Below, piece after piece: positions 57,844 through 64,000 of a DNA stretch of 64,000 bases. The position numbers and the translations under genes are program-made. Position 1 is the stretch's first letter; each line of letters opens with the position of its first letter. Location: the NCBI GenBank assembly GCA_040401435.1, contig JBBAON010000005.1, positions 9,310-73,309 on the forward strand, given 5' to 3'. A model generated the notes under the pieces. It saw only the letters and a list, made by a program, of their open reading frames with translations. It ran no database searches and had not been told where the DNA came from. Source of the DNA: Candidatus Methylopumilus sp. (lineage in GTDB: Bacteria; Pseudomonadota; Gammaproteobacteria; Burkholderiales; Methylophilaceae).

Positions 57844-59766
57844 ATGCGCTTGCGTTTCGAAGTAAAAAATCATTCTTTAGAACAACATCATTACACTTTG
57901 CGTTTGAGAGTGGCAGCCGGATTGGTGTTGGTTTGCTTCGCTATTTTGTTAACCCGCTTCGCTTATTTGCAAATTTTTAAATATGACTATTTCCATACGC
58001 TTGCAGAAAATAATCGTGTTTCTTTAGTCCCAATCGTCCCTAATCGTGGCTTGATCCTTGACAGAAATGGTGTGATTTTGGCGCAGAATTTCTTTGTTTA
58101 TACCTTAGAAATTACGCCATCAAAAGTGAGCGATGTTGAAGCAACGATCAATGATATTAGCCAGTTTGTTGAAGTGAGTGCTGAAGACCGTAAGCGGTTT
58201 AAAAAACTCCGTCAAGAGAGTCACAGTTTCGAGAGCGTTCCTATTAGAACGCATCTAAACGAAATAGAGGCTGCTAAATTTGCTGCTAATCGCTATCAAT
58301 TTCCTGGGGTGGAAATTCGCTCCCGCCTTTTTAGGCATTACCCTTTAGGCAGCCTTGGTGTCCATATGATTGGGTATATCGGGCGTATTAATGAAGCAGA
58401 TGTTAAAACATTAGAAAAGTCTGAGGAACTCTCTAATTACAAAGGCTCTGATCATATTGGCAAAGGCGGCATTGAGCAATATTATGAGCATCAATTACAT
58501 GGCACCACGGGTTTTCAACAAGTGGAAATTGATGCGGATGGTCATGCGATTCGCGTTTTATCAAGCACGCCACCAGTGCCTGGAGATAACTTAGTGTTGT
58601 CGATTGATTCTAAGATGCAAGATATTGCGGAAAAAGCATTTGAAAATCGCCGTGGTGCGATGGTGGCAATTAATCCGAAAAATGGTGAAATTTTGTCCTA
58701 CGTAAGTATGCCAACCTTTGATCCAAATCTGTTTGTGGATGGCATTGATGCGGACACTTGGAAATCGCTTAATCAATCATTAGACCGCCCACTTATTAAC
58801 CGTCCTATCCGTGGTATATACCCGCCTGGCTCAACATTTAAGCCTTTTGTTGCGATGGCTGGCTTACAAGAAGCGAAGCGTCAGCCGCCTTTCAGTACAG
58901 GAGATCCTGGCTTTTATACACTTGCAGGCAGTTCGCATCAGTACCGTGATTGGAAACCGGGCGGCCATGGTCAAGTCGATATGCAAAAGGCAATTACGGT
59001 TTCCTGCGATACATTTTTTTATGGCCTTGCATTGGAATTGGGGATTGAAAAACTCACTTCGTTTGTGAGTCACTTCGGCTTCGGAAAAAAAACAGGCGTG
59101 GACTTGGCGGGTGAGATTGGTGGTTTGTTGCCAACGCCAGAATGGAAGTGGCGTCGCTGGAAACAAAAATGGTATCCAGGTGAAACCGTGATTGTCGGGA
59201 TTGGCCAAGGCTACACCTTGGTCACGCCAATGCAGCTTGTTCAGGCAACTGCGGTGTTAGCAAATAATGGCATTGCAATGAAGCCCCATTTGGTAAGCAG
59301 TATTCAAAAGCATAATGGGGCAGAACCGCATTTGATGCCGGTAACAAAGGTGGGCGCAATGTCTCTTGATAACATTAACATTGAAATTGTTAGAGCTGGT
59401 ATGACTGCGGTCACTCAGCCCGGCGGAACCGCCGCGAGTGTCGGTGCGGGTAGTGGCTATAGTATTGCTGCAAAAACAGGCACTGCTCAAGTAGTGGGTA
59501 TTAAGCAGGGCGCAAAATACAACGCTGGCAGTATTGATGAGCGTCATCGGGACCATGCTCTATTTATTGCTTACGCGCCTGCTGATGATCCTAAAATTGC
59601 CGTGGCCGTGATTGTTGAAAACGGTGGTCATGGCGGATCAGCAGCTGGACCTATTGCCCGTAAAGTAATGGATTATTATCTACTAGGAAAAACGCCGGTC
59701 GCAACTAGTCAGAAAGCAAGCAAACCCCCTGAAGCCGCTATCGTTGAGGATGCGCCACATGATTAA
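57844..59766 (+). CDS. mrdA: Penicillin-binding protein 2
   Basis: PNRGLILDRNG, PGSTFK, SCD, KTGTAQ; start moved to ATG 57844. Confidence 0.96.
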   Translation: MRLRFEVKNHSLEQHHYTLRLRVAAGLVLVCFAILLTRFAYLQIFKYDYFHTLAENNRVSLVPIVPNRGLILDRNGVILAQNFFVYTLEITPSKVSDVEATINDISQFVEVSAEDRKRFKKLRQESHSFESVPIRTHLNEIEAAKFAANRYQFPGVEIRSRLFRHYPLGSLGVHMIGYIGRINEADVKTLEKSEELSNYKGSDHIGKGGIEQYYEHQLHGTTGFQQVEIDADGHAIRVLSSTPPVPGDNLVLSIDSKMQDIAEKAFENRRGAMVAINPKNGEILSYVSMPTFDPNLFVDGIDADTWKSLNQSLDRPLINRPIRGIYPPGSTFKPFVAMAGLQEAKRQPPFSTGDPGFYTLAGSSHQYRDWKPGGHGQVDMQKAITVSCDTFFYGLALELGIEKLTSFVSHFGFGKKTGVDLAGEIGGLLPTPEWKWRRWKQKWYPGETVIVGIGQGYTLVTPMQLVQATAVLANNGIAMKPHLVSSIQKHNGAEPHLMPVTKVGAMSLDNINIEIVRAGMTAVTQPGGTAASVGAGSGYSIAAKTGTAQVVGIKQGAKYNAGSIDERHRDHALFIAYAPADDPKIAVAVIVENGGHGGSAAGPIARKVMDYYLLGKTPVATSQKASKPPEAAIVEDAPHD

Positions 59767-60856
59767 TCGGATGATCGAGCGATTAAAAAAATATATTGAT
59801 CCATTTTTAATGGGCTGTATTTTCTTTACCTGTATCGTCGGTTTATTTGTTTTATATAGTGCATCAGGTGGCAGCTTTGATCGTGTGATTTCTCAGTTGG
59901 TTAATATTCTTGCTGCGTTAACCATCATGTGGATTGCAGCTAATACATCGCCCCACTATTTAGAGCGTATTGCTCTACCACTTTTTATTCTTGGATTATT
60001 AATGCTGATCGGTGTCGCTTTGTTTGGTGAAATTAGTCACGGCGCGAGACGTTGGCTTCACATCGGTGTGGCTAGAATTCAGCCTTCAGAATTAATGAAG
60101 ATAGCGGTACCAATGATGTTGGCTTGGTACTTTTCAAAACGTGAAGAAAGTTTACGCTGGTTAGACTATGCTGTGGCTGCATTACTCTTGGTTGTGCCTG
60201 TTGGCTTGATTATGAAACAACCAGATTTAGGCACGGCGTTGATTGTCACTGCGGCTGGTTTTTACGTTTTGTTCCTAGCAGGATTGAGTTGGAAAATCTT
60301 GGTGGGCAGTGCAGTTTCAGTGGCCGTGATGGCCCCTATTTTTTGGTCAATGCTTCATGACTATCAGCGCCGAAGAATTGAGATTTTGTTTGACCCTTAT
60401 CAGGACCCATTAGGGGCAGGCTACCACACCATTCAAGCAAGTATTGCATTAGGCTCTGGTGGTGCTGTCGGTAAAGGCTGGATGGAAGGCACGCAATCAC
60501 AACTAGATTTCTTACCGGAGCGAACGACAGACTTCATTTTTGCCGTCTTTGGTGAGGAGTTTGGTTTCTTGGGCAACGTACTATTGCTGATTTTATTCAT
60601 ACTATTGATCGGCCGAGGTTTAGTGATTGCATCGCAAGCACAAAATACATTTACGCGCTTATTAGCTGGAAGCATTACGCTAACGTTTTTCACTTACGTG
60701 TTTGTGAATATAGGGATGGTGAGTGGTATCTTGCCGGTGGTTGGTGTGCCCTTGCCTTTCATTAGCTATGGCGGCACATCTTTAGTCACGATATTATTAG
60801 GCTTTGGTATTTTAATGAGTATTCATACCCACAAAACTTTGATGTCGACATCATGA
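59759..60856 (+). CDS. rodA: SEDS peptidoglycan glycosyltransferase RodA
   Basis: GARRW, QPSE, QPDLGT, TDFIF, SYGGTS. Confidence 0.96.
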   Translation: MINRMIERLKKYIDPFLMGCIFFTCIVGLFVLYSASGGSFDRVISQLVNILAALTIMWIAANTSPHYLERIALPLFILGLLMLIGVALFGEISHGARRWLHIGVARIQPSELMKIAVPMMLAWYFSKREESLRWLDYAVAALLLVVPVGLIMKQPDLGTALIVTAAGFYVLFLAGLSWKILVGSAVSVAVMAPIFWSMLHDYQRRRIEILFDPYQDPLGAGYHTIQASIALGSGGAVGKGWMEGTQSQLDFLPERTTDFIFAVFGEEFGFLGNVLLLILFILLIGRGLVIASQAQNTFTRLLAGSITLTFFTYVFVNIGMVSGILPVVGVPLPFISYGGTSLVTILLGFGILMSIHTHKTLMSTS

Positions 60857-61836
60857 AATTTATTCATATTTATATTCCAACTTTACTTTGCCTTTTACTT
60901 GTTTCTTGTGGCGGAGCACCATCCGTCAAGGTAAGCGATGCAACCAAGCCGATTGAGGTGAGTAAAGCTAAAAAGTCAGGGGGCTATTATTTAGATGATG
61001 GCCCGGGGGATAGTCCGCCAGCTAATATAGAGGCGATTCCTGATGCTGTGCCACGTGTTGAGCCTTTGCTTTCAAGAGCAAATAAGCCTTATGTGGCACT
61101 TGGTAATAGCTATACGCCAATGACGACGTTTCAGCCCTATAAAAAAAGGGGCATCGCTTCTTGGTATGGCAAGCGCTATCACGGACAAAAAACGTCAGCA
61201 GGTGAAGTTTACGATATGTATGGCATGACAGGGGCGCATCCAGTGTTGCCGCTTCCTAGTTATGTACGCGTGACCAATCCTGATAATCAAAAAAAAGTCA
61301 TCGTGCGTATTAACGACCGCGGGCCCTTCCACAGTGATCGATTAATTGATTTATCTTACGCTGCTTCTTATAAATTGGGGTTGGTTGGCAAAGGGAGTGG
61401 AATTGTTGATGTCGAGGCGATTGATGCTAGAAAATATGGGCAAAATCCTCCACTAGACTTAGTACAAAAAACAGTGACTCCGGCTGAGTCTTCAACAGTG
61501 ATTGTTGAGCCATTAAAGACAGCGGAGACGCAAGCACCTTCAGAGATTAAAAACAGCCCTGCGCAATCAACAATGAAAGATAAATTAATTGTGCCAGAAG
61601 TGCCGGGCACCTTTGTCCAAGTCGGTGCATTTAAGTCGGCTGACAATGCTGAACTTTTGTCTAGAAATATTACGGGGCAAAATTTAGTTGAAAATACCCC
61701 TGTGAATAGCTGGTACAATCAAGGTATGTACCGCGTCCGTATTGGACCTTACGCTAATAGGGCAGAAGCAGAACTTGCTGCTGCTAAGGTCAAAAAAGCC
61801 TTAGGCTTGAATACTTATATTATTAATCAACCGTAA
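60853..61836 (+). CDS. rlpA: Septal ring lytic transglycosylase RlpA (lipoprotein with SPOR domain)
   Basis: Lipobox LVSC, ASWYG, RINDRGPF, IDLSY, C-terminal SPOR. Confidence 0.93.
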   Translation: MKFIHIYIPTLLCLLLVSCGGAPSVKVSDATKPIEVSKAKKSGGYYLDDGPGDSPPANIEAIPDAVPRVEPLLSRANKPYVALGNSYTPMTTFQPYKKRGIASWYGKRYHGQKTSAGEVYDMYGMTGAHPVLPLPSYVRVTNPDNQKKVIVRINDRGPFHSDRLIDLSYAASYKLGLVGKGSGIVDVEAIDARKYGQNPPLDLVQKTVTPAESSTVIVEPLKTAETQAPSEIKNSPAQSTMKDKLIVPEVPGTFVQVGAFKSADNAELLSRNITGQNLVENTPVNSWYNQGMYRVRIGPYANRAEAELAAAKVKKALGLNTYIINQP

Positions 61837-61865
61837 ATCTAGCCAAGAAATCCTGATAAAAAATC

Positions 61866-63011
61866 ATGAATTACCCCACACTTCTTTTTGCACTTATATT
61901 GAGTCTATTGCTCAGTTCTTTTACCGGCAATACGTACGCTGAAGTTGCAGTAGCCCCAGAACTGGCGGTTAAAGCTTATTTGCTAAAAGACTTTAATAGT
62001 AATCGTATGCTCGCTGAACAGCAGAGTCAAAACCGGGTTGAACCGGCCTCACTTACTAAACTGATGACGGGCTACCTTTCATTCAAAGCATTGAAAAATG
62101 GGCAGTTGCAATTAGGTCAAACGCTACCAATTTCTGAAAAAGCTTGGCGCATTGAGGGATCTAAAATGTTCGTCGATACCACCATGACTGTGACGGTAGA
62201 TGAGCTTTTGCATGGCATGATTATTCAGTCAGGCAATGACGCGTCTATTGCATTGGCCGAAGGTATCGGTGGGACTGAAGAGGCTTTTGCAATAAAAATG
62301 AATAAGGAAGCCGCACGTCTCGGCATGAAAAATACTCATTTTATGAATGCGACTGGCTTACCAGATGCACAGCATTACACAACGGCATATGATCTTTCGT
62401 TGCTTGCAACGGCCCTCATCAATGATTTTCCGGAGCAATATAAACGGCTTTATTCAGTTAAAGAATATACCTACAATAAAATTACTCAGCCCAATCGTAA
62501 CCGCCTTCTGTGGCTAGATCCCTATGTGGATGGCATGAAAACAGGTCATACTGAGTCAGCAGGTTTTTGTTTAATTTCATCCGCTAAGCGCGCAGATCAT
62601 CGATTAATTTCTGTGGTGCTGGGCGCCACAAATGACAATGCCCGCGCCGCAGAAAGTCAAAAACTATTGAATTACGGTTATCAATTTTTTGATTCGCACT
62701 TAATCTATAAAGCAGGCGCAACGATTGCGACACAAAAAGTGTGGAAGGGAAGTGAAAGCAAGCTTGTCGCGACTACTTTTCAAGACCTTTATTTGACTTT
62801 ACCAAAAGGCGACTACGCCAGAGCGAAAGCTAATGTGATTAGCAAGCAACCTTTGATTGCGCCGATCGCCAAAGGCCAAGAAATCGGTAGCATACAATTT
62901 GTAATCGATGGGAAAGTGGTTGATGAGCAACAGCTGCTTGCCGCAAAAGAAGTTAAAGTTGCTGGTATTTTTGGCCGCCTTTGGGATAGTTTTATGTTGT
63001 TGTTTGCTTAA
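61866..63011 (+). CDS. D-alanyl-D-alanine carboxypeptidase (PBP5/6 family)
   Basis: PASLTK, SGN, KTG motifs. Confidence 0.95.
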   Translation: MNYPTLLFALILSLLLSSFTGNTYAEVAVAPELAVKAYLLKDFNSNRMLAEQQSQNRVEPASLTKLMTGYLSFKALKNGQLQLGQTLPISEKAWRIEGSKMFVDTTMTVTVDELLHGMIIQSGNDASIALAEGIGGTEEAFAIKMNKEAARLGMKNTHFMNATGLPDAQHYTTAYDLSLLATALINDFPEQYKRLYSVKEYTYNKITQPNRNRLLWLDPYVDGMKTGHTESAGFCLISSAKRADHRLISVVLGATNDNARAAESQKLLNYGYQFFDSHLIYKAGATIATQKVWKGSESKLVATTFQDLYLTLPKGDYARAKANVISKQPLIAPIAKGQEIGSIQFVIDGKVVDEQQLLAAKEVKVAGIFGRLWDSFMLLFA

Positions 63012-63026
63012 AAGCGGATAAATACG

Positions 63027-63317
63027 ATGACTGACCAAAAACCTGCATCAGGAACACCGGAGGAAACACTGATTGAGTTCCCTTGTGATTTTTTTATTAA
63101 AGTCATGGGGGAGACTAGTGAAGATTTTGCTAATCAAATGGTCCAGGTAATTCAAGCGCATGAGCCAAAGTTCGATGCTTCAAAAGTCGATATGCGGGCG
63201 AGTAGCGGTGGCCGATTTATCAGTCTGACTTGTAATGTGTATGTCACTTCCAAAATTCAATTGGACAGCATTTATCGTGCGCTTTCCGAACATCCACAAG
63301 TGAAATACGTGCTCTAA
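63027..63317 (+). CDS. ybeD: YbeD/DUF493 family protein
   Basis: IEFPCDF..KVMG, SSGGRF; dac-ybeD-lipB synteny. Confidence 0.88.
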   Translation: MTDQKPASGTPEETLIEFPCDFFIKVMGETSEDFANQMVQVIQAHEPKFDASKVDMRASSGGRFISLTCNVYVTSKIQLDSIYRALSEHPQVKYVL

Positions 63318-63343
63318 TTTGAGCTATTGTTAAGTCAATATCA

Positions 63344-63970
63344 TTGCGTGAAGCTCCTATCATTCGTCAGTTAGGTCGCACCGAGTTTGAAAACACTTGG
63401 CGTGCCATGCAAGACTTCACCACAAACCGAACTGCACAAACGTCAGATGAGATTTGGCTTACTGAACACCCCCCTGTTTATACCTTAGGTCTTAATCGTA
63501 AAGATGTGCGTATGCCATCGCGTGATGACATTCCTGTCATTAATACCGATCGGGGCGGCAAAATTACTTATCATGGCCCTGGCCAAAGCATTATTTATGT
63601 GCTGATTGATTTGAAACGCAAAGGCATGAACGTGCGCCAGTTAGTCAGCGCCTTGGAAAATTCTGTAATGACATTGCTTGCCGAATCCAATATTTATGCC
63701 CTTGCTAGAGCCGATGCACCGGGGGTGTATGTACAAGATAAAAAGATTGCATCCGTGGGTTTGCGCTTAAAAAAAGATTGTTGTTATCACGGTATTTCTC
63801 TTAATGTGGACATGGATTTATCTCCATTTAGTGCCATCGATCCTTGTGGGTATCGTGGTTTAGAAGTGACTCAATTACGCAACTTAGGCATAGATTTAAG
63901 CCAAGCAGAGGCGGCCGAAAAACTGCTAAAATACCTGACCAAAGAATTAGGCTATTCAGATTTAATATGA
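63344..63970 (+). CDS. lipB: Octanoyltransferase LipB
   Basis: [32 protein letters not shown]. Confidence 0.96.
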   Translation: MREAPIIRQLGRTEFENTWRAMQDFTTNRTAQTSDEIWLTEHPPVYTLGLNRKDVRMPSRDDIPVINTDRGGKITYHGPGQSIIYVLIDLKRKGMNVRQLVSALENSVMTLLAESNIYALARADAPGVYVQDKKIASVGLRLKKDCCYHGISLNVDMDLSPFSAIDPCGYRGLEVTQLRNLGIDLSQAEAAEKLLKYLTKELGYSDLI

Positions 63971-64000
63971 ACGAACAAGCACATAAACCAGCTGAAGTTA
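63967..64000 (+). CDS. Start of the next gene (probably lipoyl synthase), truncated by the window
   Basis: ATGA overlap with the lipB stop; [11 protein letters not shown]...; identity inferred from synteny only. Confidence 0.4.
   Translation, partial: MNEQAHKPAEV

Overview
Origin-proximal core region of a betaproteobacterial methylotroph, most likely family Methylophilaceae (inferred from a cytochrome c'' orthologue, a MWTKP-type PqqA peptide and gene order). It is almost entirely housekeeping: cytochrome b / cytochrome c'', two parS sites, mnmG-rsmG-parAB, the atp operon, glmUS, dsbA, argS, priA, hemE, gltBD, hemL-thiE-thiD, thiSG-apaG-mltA, glnA-ntrBC, aroE, mtgA, uvrA, ssb, xth/pyrE, gatCAB and mreBCD-mrdA-rodA-rlpA-dac-ybeD-lipB. 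Four things stand out. (1) A ~2.5 kb integrase-less islet at tRNA-Gly(CCC) carries an ArnT/Rgt-like glycosyltransferase and an LpxF-like PAP2 phosphatase; the phosphatase's last codons and stop codon come from the degenerate tRNA repeat. (2) The ~200-nt gltB leader has a terminator-like hairpin whose loop is complementary to the ribosome-binding site, a candidate cis-regulatory RNA. (3) An orphan pqqA, missed by the ORF track, sits behind ntrC. (4) A separate sigma54/NtrC promoter appears to make ntrB essentially leaderless. I saw no CRISPR array, IS element, prophage or DnaA-box cluster, and no clearly novel multi-gene protein system. Gene calls rest on recognised motifs and synteny, not database searches.
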